NCBI GenBank assembly: GCA_002269645.1
Contig: NIVC01001686.1
Coordinates: forward strand, 62,001-126,000
Reading direction: 5' to 3'
DNA from: Macrostomum lignano
Lineage: Eukaryota
DNA length: 64,000 bases
Shown: positions 35,444 through 49,304 of the stretch, in pieces
How positions within the stretch are numbered: position 1 is the first letter of the stretch
Layout of the letters: each line of letters begins with the position of its first letter
The notes under the pieces: generated by a model
Seen by the model: only the letters and a program-made list of their open reading frames with translations
Databases searched by the model: none
Told to the model about the DNA's origin: nothing
Position numbers and translations under genes: made by a program

Positions 35444-36775
35444 TCAGTCGTACAAGGAGTCGTGCGACTTGGCCAGCTTCTGTCCGTGCCCTTCAATGTG
35501 CTGCAACGATCCACAACCCGTGGCCGCGTCTCCGCTGCCGCCGGCGCTGGTCCCGTCGCCACCATTGTTGGCGTACAGGCATTTCAGGTGCACGGTCTCC
35601 AAGGCGTGCGAATCTGCGCCGGAGGTCATATCGGCTGTAGCGTCGGCATTGGCGGCCGCGGCTTCGGCCGCCCGACGGCAAACTCCGCAGACCAGCGGAC
35701 GGGCCGCCAGACGGTAGACGTCGCTGCGAAATTTGGCGGAGCTGGCCGAGTATACGAAGAAATTTAACAGAGAATCGGTGACGGACAACACGTTGGTGAT
35801 GGTGTCCGGGTGGATCGGCAGCGTGCCCTGCAAGCTTGGAGACACAATCAGCATCGTAGTGGACACGAAGGTTGGAAACTCGAGCACGGAGAACAGGATG
35901 GCCAGGCCGAGGACCATCTGGCTGGCTCTGCGCGAGCTCAGCGTCCGTTTCTGCTGACTGCGCCCGGCATTCTGACGGCAAGAGTGGCCGCACCGTTTCG
36001 CTGGCCGGCTGCGTCGAATCTTCACCCACATGATCACGGTGGGGATCGGGATGAGCACTGTTGGAATCAGCGACTGAAAAGCGTACAGAGCCCACTGGGC
36101 GCCTGACGAGTTCATGAGAGGCCGGATGACGACCAGGTCTGGCAGGTTGGTGCACAGCGCCCCCATGTGGCCGAGGTTGTTCAGGACGGCCAGCAGGAGG
36201 GCGACGGCGATCACGGCGCAGAACATCCCGGCCAGGCGAGTCCGGCTGAACAGCAAGAAACGACGCGAAGCCAACGGCCGGGCGATGACTTCGCAACGGG
36301 CTGAACTAATCAACAGTACGTTCCAGTTCCTGATGGACACCAGAGTGTTGATGCCGATGTGTACGCAGGTTGTCACCGTGTAGCTAGGCACAGTGTGCCA
36401 GTGCTCAAAGTCGCTACGAACGATGCCAGTCTCCACTAGCAGGATGCACTGCAGGCAGATCTCGGTGCACGAGATTGACAGCAGGGAGAAGCGGACAGCT
36501 CGATTGTCGAATTTCTGCTTGGCGAAGATGAACAGCGAGAGCGAATTGGCAACCAGAGCCACGGCGGCGATGGGCAGAATGATGAGGCTGTTGAATTTTT
36601 CTGTCTCCACAAAGCCGTGTCCGTGATCTTTGAGGGTTTTATTGGGCTCGGATTCGTTGCACCAGTCTCTGATGTAGTATAGCATGGCTGCTGGAGCTGG
36701 GAAGCAAGTTGGGTAAGGGTTCAATTCGTTAGGCAATTTGGCTTTAATGCACTTGTCGATTTCAAGAAAAGTCAT
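35444..36775 (-). CDS. Class A (rhodopsin-like) orphan GPCR, 443 aa, single coding exon; peptide-receptor-related
   Basis: Seven hydrophobic segments; N-terminal sequons NES and NKT; TM1 ..ANS; TM3 RNWNVLLISSARCEVIARP; TM6 LFSVLEFP; TM7 DSLLNFFVY followed by helix 8 KFRSDV; Cys in TM3 and ECL2. A branch-point-like CTAAC and an acceptor lie at ~36812-36833, upstream of the ATG. Confidence 0.93.
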   Translation of the reverse strand: MTFLEIDKCIKAKLPNELNPYPTCFPAPAAMLYYIRDWCNESEPNKTLKDHGHGFVETEKFNSLIILPIAAVALVANSLSLFIFAKQKFDNRAVRFSLLSISCTEICLQCILLVETGIVRSDFEHWHTVPSYTVTTCVHIGINTLVSIRNWNVLLISSARCEVIARPLASRRFLLFSRTRLAGMFCAVIAVALLLAVLNNLGHMGALCTNLPDLVVIRPLMNSSGAQWALYAFQSLIPTVLIPIPTVIMWVKIRRSRPAKRCGHSCRQNAGRSQQKRTLSSRRASQMVLGLAILFSVLEFPTFVSTTMLIVSPSLQGTLPIHPDTITNVLSVTDSLLNFFVYSASSAKFRSDVYRLAARPLVCGVCRRAAEAAAANADATADMTSGADSHALETVHLKCLYANNGGDGTSAGGSGDAATGCGSLQHIEGHGQKLAKSHDSLYD

Positions 36776-38004
36776 AATGGTTTGGCATATTTAATGTGGT
36801 TCTGTCCCTGCCTAACCGGAAGACATCAGTTAGTATTAGGCGGCTAGTTTGTCACTGGCTCAGTTCTGCGACCTAATTTTGTTTTCCCATGCGCCCATGC
36901 GGTAAATGCTTCCTGAACCTAATCGTAATTGGAAAATTCCACATATTGTCTCACAAAATCCGCCTTTGTCTGGCAGCCAGGGGATTCAGCCTCAGATCGA
37001 ATCAAGGGAGGGAGGTTTGATAAAAAACGTTCTTTCGAAAAAGTATTTCTGCCTTGTGAATTGTAGGTTTCTGTTGACACAAGCGTAACGATGATTTCTG
37101 GCTAAGAGGGCTCACGAGATAATAGCCTTCTATTATAGGGGCCGGTTCTGCAACGACCCTCGATTATATTTAGCATTGGGCTTTTGCACATCGGGAAACG
37201 TATTTGCTAATTCATTCCACTTAAATATTGCGGAAATAGAAGAATTAGAGTTTTTCTGCAATAGTTCTCCAGTTTTGACATTTCCGATACGTATTTCCTT
37301 AGCCCAGAAGATTAAGATTACCTACGCTCCTACGAATCATGAAAATAATAAGCAGCCTCAATTGAAGCACGAATACCGGTATCACGTGATTTTACTTAAG
37401 TAACTTAATAAAATTAACCCTCAATTCGATATCTCTAATAGTAGCTCGAGTCTCATTTAGTTATAAATCCATCTGTCTTTGCTCATTTCTGCCGGAGCCA
37501 ACGCCGCATGATCCGCCCGCGGATGCTGCTGCCTCCCTCATCTGTGAGTTTGCGCTGGGTCGTGTGGCTTCCTTGTTGACTGACTGGCTCTCTCTCTCTC
37601 TCTATGTGGCAGCAGGATGCATCTTTCCGCGCGAATCTGCTTCCAGCCTCGCTCCCCAACCTGGGCATCCCTCCTTTGCCACCGGAAGCCTGAACTTATC
37701 AAAGGCCGAGCTGTCAGCGGGCCGCTAACTGCCGCATCGGCTCCAGCAAACAAACCGCAGGCAGAGAAGCTGAGCTGGCTTGGACTCTGCTTTTCTTTGT
37801 TCCCAGAGCTCGTTAAATGTTGATCAAGTCCCGACTGGAACGGACTGTGAATCATGCAGGCTTATCTGCTATTCTTCCAAGACGCTTTGGTAGACATTGG
37901 AGTTCACCCAAAATACTCGTATGTCGAAGAAGATTCAACTGCAAAATGCACAGAATAAATTCAAGAGACGACGTATCAGTCAAATTTTTATCTAGGACAC
38001 AAAA

Positions 38005-39063
38005 TCATCTACGATGCACACCAGACAGACACAGCATCTGCGATGCACACCAGACAGACACAACATCTGCGATGCACACCAGACTGACACAACATCTGCG
38101 ATGCACACCAGACAGACACAACATCTGCGATGCACACCAGACTGACACAACATCTGCGATGCACACCAGACAGACACAGCATCTGCGATGCACACCAGAC
38201 AGACACAACATCTGCGATGCACACCAGACTGACACAACATCTGCGATGCACACCAGACAGACACAACATCTGCGATGCACACCAGACTGACACAACATCT
38301 GCGATGCACACCAGACAGACACAACATCTAATGATGCACACCAGACAGACACAACATCTGCGATGCACACCAGACAGACACAACATCTAATGATGCACAC
38401 CAGACAGACACAAAATCTAATGATGCACACCAGACAGACACAACATCTGCGATGCACACCAGACAGACACAACATCTGCGATGCACACCAGACAGACACA
38501 ACATCTGCGATGCACACCAGACAGACACAACATCTAATGATGCACACCAGACAGACACAACATCTGCGATGCACACCAGACAGACACAACATCTGCGATG
38601 CACACCAGACAGACACAACATCTGCGATGCACACCAGACAGACACAGCATCTGCGATGCACACCAGACAGACACAGCATCTGCGATGCACACCAGACAGA
38701 CACAGCATCTGCGATGCACACCAGACAGACACAGCATCTGCGATGCACACCAGACAGGCACAACATCTGCGATGCACACCAGACAGACACAGCATCTGCG
38801 ATGCACACCAGACAGACACAACATCTGCGATGCACACCAGACAGACACAGCATCTGCGATGCACACCAGACAGACACAGCATCTGCGATGCACACCAGAC
38901 AGACACAACATCTGCGATGCACACCAGACAGACACAGCATCTGCGATGCACACCAGACAGACACAGCATCTGCGATGCACACCAGACAGACACAACATCT
39001 GCGATGCACACCAGACAGACACAACATCTAATGATGCACACCAGACAGACACAACATCTGCGA
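38005..39063 (+). repeat. 29-bp minisatellite TGCGATGCACACCAGACAGACACAACATC, about 36 copies
   Basis: Direct inspection. Confidence 0.96.
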
Positions 39064-39669
39064 TACACATTACACTCACACAGTGGCGCTGACACATCGA
39101 TGCTTAGTTGATTTATGCCTGATGATCATCGTGCATCTTTTCCAGAATAACTTTGATCCTTTTAAGCAGAGTGTCCAGGCTAAAGAAATGGCTTCCAAGC
39201 CTTCTGGACATGATTTCCTTTTCATTTTTTCTGCAACATTCCATTTTCTAACCAATCTCGCTTCCTTTGAAGGCCATACATGCTCACTTTTCATTTCAGC
39301 TGAGTCCGCTTTCATCCGCTTCCTTGACCAATCTATCCAGGACTTCTCAAGGAGCCGGACATTCCCTCTTCCATGACTTCCTAAACCTCTATTCATTGAA
39401 AAGCAATGCCGCGCATATAGATTGGGAATAAAAATAAAAGGGAAATTTTCCAGCGGACTCTCTCTCGACAATGGGATATTGGGGAGTAGTAGAGTTTGCA
39501 AAGCCCAGAGGAAGTTGGGTTGAAAAAGATCGCTTGATTAAATTTGACTTTTAATTAAAGCAAAGACTTCCTCTCGGTCCGACCGGAGGAGACAATCGCC
39601 ATTTGCTCGAAGTGCTCGTAAAATAAAAAGGAAATGCTTTCTCGGAAACCCAGTCCGTGCTGCATCGAA

Positions 39670-40610
39670 CACTTGGGACATTTCCCCAACAGGGAACTTG
39701 GGACATTTCCCCAACAGGGACACTTGGGACATTTCCCCAACAGGGAACTTGGGACATTTCCCCAACAGGGACACTTGGGACATTTCCCCAACAGGGACAC
39801 TTGGGACATTTCCCCAACAGGGAACTTGGGACATTTTCCCAACAGGGACACTTGGGACATTTCCCCAACAGGGAACTTGGGACATTTTCCCAACAGGGAC
39901 ACTTGGGACATTTCCCCAACAGGGAACTTGGGACATTTTCCCAACAGGGACACTTGGGACATTTCCCCAACAGGGACACTTGGGACATTCCCTAACACGG
40001 GCACTCCTGACATTTCCCCTCCACGGACACTGGGGACTTTTACCCAACACGGACACTTGGGACATTCCCTAACACGGGCACTCCTGACATTTCCCCTCCA
40101 GGACACTTATGTTATGTCTTCTGCTTCAACAATGATTACAGCCTCAAGGCTATCATCGGACATAAAAGTCTAAGAAGCTTTGTCTAGAGTACCGCGGTTC
40201 ACGGCTAATATTTGCCTCTAGCGAGTACACTCAGAACCTTGCTCTTTGCGCTACTGTATTATTCGGCTCCTAAGGAAATAAAAGTCCGGAAATTGCAGAG
40301 AGAAATTAAAGTCCGTTTAGTCTTTTGTCTATACACAACAACTTATGACATTTACCCTACACGGACATTTGGACATTTCCCTAACACAAACACGAGACAT
40401 CTCCCAACATTGACACTTAGGGACATTTTCTCAACATAGACTTTTAAGACATTTCCCCAGCACGGGCACCTGATACATCTCCCCAACAAAAGTGTCAACG
40501 CTCGTAGACACTTGGGACATTTTCTGAACTTGGACACTTTGCCATCTTCCCAGCAGGACACTGGGACACTTCCCTAACACGGACACTTGGGACATTTCCA
40601 GAACACGGAC
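39670..40610 (+). repeat. 25/26-bp minisatellite ACTTGGGACATTTCCCCAACAGGGA(C), decaying to the right
   Basis: Regular over 39671-39990; degenerate copies continue to ~40610. Confidence 0.9.
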
Positions 40611-41559
40611 ATTTTAGACAGCCTCTACAGGAAAATTCGGAATGGCTCCTCCCATAAAAAACTGAACTATATTTATTCAACCAATTAAAAAACTTTTCAA
40701 AACGAACGATTTATTCGAACAGCAACACCCGCAAGAATTTAGTTATCTTAGAAAAAAATGTTTTATATCGGAAGTCTCTGAAACGACAGAAAGCTTCTCA
40801 GCAAAGATAATTACTGCAAAGAAATTGGCAATTGACGGAATAATACGGAAGAAATGCTTGACTGGAAAAACATTATGGATTTATTGCTACTCTCGATGAG
40901 AACAGGAAGGCCATGAGGACTGTCTGGACTTGGAGGAAGAAAAGTGCTTGATGTCTTAGACTCATACTCAATCTTGCCGTCCGAAGTTGGTATAGGCTAT
41001 ATAGCTAGGCCCGATCCCACTTTACTTCCCTTCGCGGTCACCAATTGATCTGTCCAATAAATCAGACAACCGGACGAGCTAACAAGAGTCCTCGGGGTGG
41101 TCAAGACGGAAAAAAACAAGCAGTAAGCCCAGTCTTATCAGCCGAGAACTATGCAAAGAGCATAAAAGAAGAAACTTCTAGAGGTATAAAGATTGAGAGT
41201 TGGAAAGATTTGTCACATCCCGCTGGCAAACTATATACCGGTAACATCTAGCTGGTAATCTGAGCTAATTCATCTTACTTTTTCTCCTGCCTTTGATGCC
41301 GGGGACAAATAATTGGCCCGGGGCAGCTGTAGACTCTGAGCCGGCATGGGTGAGACAATGAAGAGAAAGCGAAAGCGAAAGCCAATAATAATATCTTATT
41401 AAGACGGAATAGCTAAATTTAAATACAGAAATTCCAGAAAAGCACAGCTTTTAGGTATTTTATAAATAGAATGAAGCGAAGTGAATGAGTTGTATTTATA
41501 AGCATTGACGGAGATAGTGCGTCATCAGTCAGACTATATGGAGAAGAAATAATATGGTT

Positions 41560-42485
41560 GTGAGGTGGGTTTCACTTGGGGTAGGAATGGAAAGGGACAG
41601 TAGGATAGTTAAGTAAGGGAGTGAGGTGGGTGTCACTTGGGGTAGGAATGGAAGGGGACAGTAGGATAGTTAAGTCAGGGAGTGAGGTGGGTGTCACTTG
41701 GGGTAGGAATGGAAGGGGACAGTAGGATAGTTAAGCCAGGGAATGAGGTGGGTGTCACTTGGGGTAGGAATGGAAAGGGACAGTAGGATAGTTAAGTAAG
41801 GGAGTGAGGTGGGTGTCACTTGGAGTAGGAATGGAAAGGGACAGTAGAATAGTTAAGCCAGGGAATGAGGTGGGTGTCACTTGGGGTAGGAATGGAAAGG
41901 GACAGTAGTATAGTTAAGTAAGGGAGTGAGGTGGGTGTCACTTGGAGTAGGAATGGAAAGGGACAGTAGAATACTTAAGTCAGGGAGTGAGGTGGGTGTC
42001 ACTTGGGGTAGGAATGGAAAGGGACAGTAGGATAGTTAAGTAAGGGAATGAGGTGGGTGTCACTTGGGGTAGGAATGGAAAGGGACAGTAGGATAATTAA
42101 ATCAGGGAGTGAGGTGGGTGTCACTTGGGGTAGGAATGGAAAGGGACAGTAGGATAGTTAAGTAAGGGAATGAGGTGGGTGTCACTTGGGGTAGTAATAG
42201 AAAGGGACAGTAGGATAATTAAATCAGGGAGTGAGGTGGGTGTCACTTGGGTAGGAATGGAAAGGGACAGTAGGATAGTTAAGTAAGGGAATGAGGTGGG
42301 TGTCACTTGGGGTAGTAATAGAAAGGGACAGTAGGATAGTTAAGTAAGGGAATGAGGTGGGTGTCACTTGGGGTAGGAATGGAAAGGGACAATAGGATAG
42401 TCAATTCAGGGAATGAGGTGGGTGTCACTTGGAGTAGGAATGGAAAGGGACAATAGGATAGTCAATTCAGGGAGTGAGGTGGGTG
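41560..42485 (+). repeat. 61-bp G-rich minisatellite, about 15 copies
   Basis: GTGAGGTGGG recurs at 41621 and 41682. Confidence 0.94.
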
Positions 42486-43384
42486 CTGGTTTGAATTTAT
42501 TCTTTTGTGACAGTAATACATGTACACCTGTGAGTTGACTATCTTGATTCAATCCAACCCAAGAACTTTGTTATATTGCTAGAAATTATTCAGTTTAACA
42601 AGTACTAAATAGAATAATACTGAAGCAACACATTTTCTGACATTAGGAAAACTAAAAGAGATGTCTCTAAAGGAAGTTGGTGCTATACAGAAGGTGCTAA
42701 AGAATGTCTTCATTTTCTTACCTTCGATTTTATATTCAGTCTGTCAGTTCTGCCACAAAGTTATTGAACGTTACGATTCCGTTATTTTAAAGCTGTCTGG
42801 AAACTTCAACTCCAAAGTGATGCAGCAGTTTTTTACTTGGACTTCGGTTTTAGCAACAGAAGCTACTGAGAAAATGGAATGAATAATCATTTTAGCATTC
42901 ACGCCAGAGCCAATGACAGCAAAGATACTGAGGCGCGCGACTGTTATTGGCGCTTGCTGAGCTGTGAGGCCGGCCTCTAGCTAGGTGCACTGCCAGGCAC
43001 AGCTGACTTACCAGGAAAGAAACTCTGCAGTCCGAGGAACATATAGTTTCATATTATAAGACCTAAATTTCACATTACATCACCTTTCATAACGCCAAAG
43101 CTTACGCAATGCCTAAAATGATCAAAATGAATGGTTGGTTGAAAGTTTTTTTGGCATTATGAAGTTTAGGTCCTCAACTCGCTGAAGTTACAAGTGAACT
43201 AAACTAAAGTTCATTTATTTATATAAAAAATCCTGAAGCATTTATCAGTACATGTAAATCCTATTCAATATACTTTAATAATAACTTCTGCTTCTGTCTT
43301 TGTGAATCACACCTTTCTTTTTGTTATTAATCTCTTTAATAGTAAAATCGCTGTTCTGTGAATGACCTTTTGTGTTATACATAA

Positions 43385-43653
43385 TTAATAATAACAATAA
43401 CTGATTACACCTGACCTAATTGGGCAGATGTGCAACCGACAGCTCAGCCGAAGCCAAACAGCTCAGCCGTACGGCTGTTCTGTCCAAGGACTGGGAGGTC
43501 GCCACACACGCCCTCAATGCTGGCACCTATTTTGAAGCAATGCTAATTCTAAGTGTCTTTCTCAAGAACACAAATTATTCCAGCGGGATCGGGAATCGAA
43601 CCCCCGACCTTCAAGTCGAGAGTCCGACGCTCTAACCACTAAGCTAAAACCCT
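43385..43653 (-). mobile_element. tRNA-derived SINE
   Basis: Head contains an A box (TAGCTTAGTGG) and a B box (GGTTCGATTCCC), but acceptor and anticodon stems are broken. It is followed by a GTGTTCTTGAGAAAGACACTTA hairpin motif resembling conserved SINE central domains, and an AT-rich (TTA-like) tail. Confidence 0.75.
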
Positions 43654-44371
43654 CTTTACTCTTTGTTATACAATGTAGGTAAATAATGTAATCAACCTTT
43701 CCGTTGTGATCAATAATGCTTATGTGTGCCCATCTGAAAGGCTTCTAGTTTGCATCCCTATATTTTCAGAATAAATATTCCAATAAGCCTAATAATTTTA
43801 TCAGTTGGCAACCTTCGCAAACCACCCGTAGTTATTCAGAGAATTTTAGTAATTAAATATAGAATTGAGTTTGATTACGCAATATGGGACTTGCTCGAAG
43901 GCCTTCCCTCAACCTTTACACACCGTTTCCTCTTCAAACCCCTACGCAGAAGGACAGAGAAAGAGGACAGGGGAGAGAGAGGGTCAGAGAGTGGAAAGGA
44001 CTGGAGGGGTGACGAGGCCTAGAACCAAGCCCCCCTTTCAAACCTCACCCCCTCTTCCTGTCCAAAAAGCCCTTGGGACTCCACACACACAGCACACCCA
44101 CCACCAATGTGCGCGTACATCTACGCAATATCAATCATTTAGCGATGACATCATTCCCCCCTTAAAGTTGGTATATTGTATAGACTGGACTGGAGTCCCG
44201 TCCTGTACATTCCAACCCCCACAAACCTTAACTCTGTCCGATTCCTTCTTCGTTCGTCTGTAATAAATATAATGGCGAGGTAAAAGCAGAGGAGAGAGGC
44301 CAGTGTATCAACCACTCCCATCCTTAGGAGAATAAAGCCAGAAGAGAACACGGTTCTTACACGGTATAGAA

Positions 44372-44944
44372 ATGTCGCAACATCACACAGACTTGGCCAA
44401 CTGTTCTCCACCGCTCAGCTCATCGGAGAGTCGTCCAGCCTCTTCCACGGCCTCATCAACCTGCTGCGGCTCGGAGCAGAGATCGACTACGACACCGCTG
44501 CTCTGGGACAGCATCATCGAGGAGGAGGTGCTGCGGGATTTGAACTTGGCTTCACAGCTTCAGCAGCAGCATCGGCAGAGGCGGCGCGATCTGGCCCAGC
44601 GTTTGACCAGGCAATACCTGGAGGAGCAGCAACAACAGCAGCAACAGCAAACGCACCTAACTCCGCCACCGACACGAATGAAACGAAAGACTCGAACTCC
44701 GCACAGAATCGTTAAAGAATCGGGCACCGCTTCGGTAGCCTCTGCAACGACACCAACTGCAGTCAGTAAGTCGACCGTCTCGGATCCACTGTCCTCTTCG
44801 TCGGTGCCATCAAAGTCATGCGGCGCTATTCGGGACCAGTTGGCTCCATCGTCCAGCCATTCCCTGCTAGAGAAGGTTGTCTGTCGTCTGCGTCACAGGC
44901 AGAATAGTGCGGATTCGCAGTCTAGCGGCGGCATGAGTATGTAG
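44372..44944 (+). CDS. Putative orphan protein, 190 aa, Ser-rich with a short helical/polyQ segment
   Basis: Uninterrupted non-repetitive ORF in GC-richer sequence, with an upstream in-frame stop at 44333-44335; no recognisable domain. Confidence 0.45.
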   Translation: MSQHHTDLANCSPPLSSSESRPASSTASSTCCGSEQRSTTTPLLWDSIIEEEVLRDLNLASQLQQQHRQRRRDLAQRLTRQYLEEQQQQQQQQTHLTPPPTRMKRKTRTPHRIVKESGTASVASATTPTAVSKSTVSDPLSSSSVPSKSCGAIRDQLAPSSSHSLLEKVVCRLRHRQNSADSQSSGGMSM

Positions 44945-46501
44945 AAGAATCAGTTACATTCAACCGATACTCCGCTGACATTGTTTAATGGTCCCTCCGT
45001 TATTTGTTTCCATGAGTTGGTCGAGTTGACAATCTACTGTTTGTGTAGAAATCAGTGGCCAGAATGCAATTCAGCAGCAGAAGCCATAGTCTATGGTCAT
45101 AACACCGGGTGACACATTTAGGTAATATAGAATCTGTGGTCTAAACTAGACCAAACATGATTGTATAATCACTAACAAGTTTCACTGGTAGCTGTCCGAT
45201 TGGTTGGATTGATTGTCTATGGTCGAGATATATGATTTTTTTAATTTGAAGCATTTATAAGCTTAATTCAAATGCTACTACTACTTTTAATTTGACTAAT
45301 TTTTCAGGTGTTAAACTTGAATGCAGGCAAGCTACATACTTTTAATTTTAATGAACTCCATTCTATTGCATTTCTTTGTAATAACTTCTTTGTATTCTAG
45401 TTCTCTTGTTTTAATTTGCTCATTTGTTCTGCTTTTACGAGTATTTTAATTTTAATTTAAATTTTAATTATGCCCCCTATTTTTGTCGAATGTTGTTTTA
45501 ATGATGTGCTGTCTGGTTCTGCATATATTTTGGTTCCTATACGAGAACGTATCTATAGTCTAAAATATACTCAAAACATTCAAAATTTAATTATTTTGAA
45601 ACATTTCTGCTGCAGGTGCGGTTTAAACTTGGTCAACACTTACACCTCCACGTTTATCTTCTCTGCCGTCACTCTCTTTCCTGCGTACCCTGTCTACCCT
45701 ACCCATTGACCTTTACTACTTTTCTCTCTACTGTGACTAACATTTCTACCCTTTTCTCAACTCTGGCTACCCTGTCTACTCTTTCCTCTACTCTATCTAC
45801 AATACCCTTTCCCGCCTGGCATTTCTATCCTTCTCTACGCCCTGTCTACCATTCAGTCTACTCTGTCTACCCTGTCTACCTTTCCCTCTACCCTCGGTGC
45901 CTACCCTTACCTCTACTCTACCCCAGTCTACCCTCTCCCTCCCATGATAGCTATAAGACCTGATTCTACTAAAACGATTTCCGAGCAAAGCAAGTCCACT
46001 TAAAGTCTCAATCGCACTCTGAAAACACTTGAGGCAAAAAATTCAACAATGGGAAAAGCTTCACTTGTGCGGTGGTTTCCGACCAAAGGCGCTCCCTGCG
46101 AAAGAATTGATGAGGCCAATTTCGTGGCTGGCTTTTTAGTTTCTTTCCTTCTCCTTATTTACGGTCTCCATTTATCAAATTTATGAATTATCCGCGCCGG
46201 GGGACCATTGTTGCACGCACGCGTCTATCACCGCAGCTATTTTAGTTTTGAAGCAATTTGATTTATGACACAAACCAAGGCATTTTGCGGCTTTGTGAAT
46301 TTGCTGGGGCTGCTTCTTGTCAGGATTATTAAAAAATGTGCCCATTGACACCGCGTTGGAACTGCTGCAGTTCCAATGCGGCCTCGAATTCCTGTATGGC
46401 GAATTCACTTTATGAGAATTATATTAATGGAGTTTGTTTCGCCATTCTGAATCACGTCACTCTACTGATAGTATTAGGATGCGAAACCATTTAGTACTAG
46501 C

Positions 46502-47190
<689 letters not shown>

Positions 47191-48254
47191 GTGGTACGAG
47201 TATAAAGGCCCAGCCACTGCAGTCACCCAAGTCAGAAAGCGCCAGCCCTGTGATTGGCTACCTGAAACCACTCAGCGCAAGCGGAATGAGCAGGGCATGG
47301 CAGCTCAGAGACTCCCACCGGTCGGCCCATTGAAAAGAGAGCTCAGTGAGTGAGGCTTTCGCTCCCGCGGCGTCCCGGTCCGGAGGGAAGCTGAGAGAAC
47401 ACGGCGGCTCATTTATATTGTTGATGAGATTCTTTGTTAGTTTGTTTTTGCATCCGTCCAACTTTATCCAGTCTATCAGCTCGCCCAGAACAGCTCAGTG
47501 AAGATTTTTCTTCAATTTTATGTTAAAAGAGCCGCATTAGTTACTCAGTTGAATCTCATGGCAACGCATGTATCGGTTGATGCTCACTGCTGATTGAAAG
47601 TTCGTCAGGTGAGATTTCAAGGTGAGCTGAGTTCACTTGTTATACAATTTGTTATAGTAAGCACAACACGTCTGGCTTTGCGTGAAAATCACTACCAGAG
47701 TAAAGGACGGAAAATCGTTAAAGGCCTGCAAAGATTGTGACTACATCTCAGCCAGGTGGCTCAATACCTTCAGGTCGCCGATTCTCTTGGCCTTAGGAGA
47801 GGAAAAAAAGTAACAATGCGATGAGAAAAGGTGAGAAGAGAAGCAGCAGGTGAGGGAGCAGGCCCGGGCTTCAGTCAACAACAGCGAGGAGAAGTCCGGG
47901 GCTCAAGGTCCGGCCCCACCACCTGAGGCAGACAATGGGAACCGGTGGGCCTCTGCAACAGGCTTAGGGGGATAGAGGGAGAAATGATGGAGCAGAAGAA
48001 GGAGAGAACCGAGAAGCTGTCTTTCCTGTAGTATTTTTGGCTCAATCATGGTGTTGCTAGGCTGTTGCTTCCATGAGCTGCGGCTGGGCTGCCTGTCTGG
48101 GGGATTCCACATGAGCCGTAGATGAAGGGGAAGAGAGTAGAGGTGAGCTGAATGTTGGGAAACGATTTTTTGCAGTTTTTTCTATCGGCTTTGTTTTACA
48201 GATTTTCTTTTTCTGTTAGATTCACTTAATCACACAGAGAGTGATTTGGAGTGA

Positions 48255-48585
48255 GCTCATGAGTTCATAAGTGAGTTAATGAGTTCATAAGTGAGTTAAT
48301 AAGTTCATAAATGAGCTAATGAGTTCATAAGTGAGCTAATGAGTTCATAAGTGAGTCCATGAGTTCATAGGTGAGCTAATGAGTTCATAAGTGAGTTAAT
48401 GAGTTCATAAGTGAGTTAATGAGTTCATAAGTGAGTTAATGAGTTCATAAGTGAGTTAATGAGTTCATAAGTGAGTCCATGAGTTCATTAGTGAGTCCAT
48501 GAGTTCGTAAGTGAGTCCATGAGCTCATAAGTGAGTTAATGAGTTCATTAGTGAGTCCATGAGTTCATAAGTGAGTCCATGAGTT
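48255..48585 (+). repeat. 20-bp minisatellite GAGTTCATAAGTGAGTTAAT
   Basis: About 16 copies. Confidence 0.92.
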
Positions 48586-49304
48586 TATATGCATTTTCAT
48601 AATTTTATGAGTGCTTTTTTAATTATCCAGTTTACAAGTGCTCGGTGGAGTTTATGAGTGAGTTAGTTAGTGAATAAATTAATTACTCACTAAGTATGAG
48701 TGATGAAAATTTCAAAACAATAAAAGTATGACAATTAGTTGGTACAGACGACACCTACAATACTAAAAAAATATTATACCTGAAAGTACCTAATCAGGCT
48801 CACTACAGTTGTGCGAGAGAAGTCGGGCCCTGCAAAACTGCAAGAACGAAGCAAAACTTTCACCCAGACCACCACTTTGACAGACTGCAATCCAAATTAA
48901 TTGCTGAACTGTCAATCAAACCTTGAGGCGAACGCCCAGTGTAGTTGAGTAGCTGAACTAGTGAAAGTGCTCTTGAGCGAATATATTAAAAGACTTGTGT
49001 GGTATTGTAACCCTTTTTTAGTTTTATATCACTAAGAATACATTGTCTAGCCTCTGTAATGGGATACTGTATCAGGCATATGAAGAATCTCTCTAGAGTG
49101 CGTATGGCTCACTTTGATGAAGCTTTATATATAAACTATTGCAGCTGGACAAGAAGTATTTTATAAAAATTAGTTGCTTAGTTGATTTGCTACTTAGAAG
49201 CAGACATTTTACAGGTAAGATATCTGTACAACAGGAAGCGCAGGGAAGCTTGACAACTACATTTCCACTATTTCGAACAAGTCTATTGTCAGAAAAGTAC
49301 ATCA

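Noticed and set aside
35379-36626. Overlapping ORFs on other frames and strands of the GPCR
   Set aside because: Shadow ORFs of GC-rich coding sequence; only the 443-aa frame has 7TM features.
39076-39501. 141-aa minus-strand ORF between two arrays
   Set aside because: No motif, non-ATG start and no convincing splice sites.
43582-43653. tRNA gene
   Set aside because: A and B boxes are present, but the acceptor and anticodon stems do not pair and the sequence continues into a SINE body.
47552-47565. Second X-box (AATCTCATGGCAAC)
   Set aside because: Only the 3' half matches; too weak without accessibility data.
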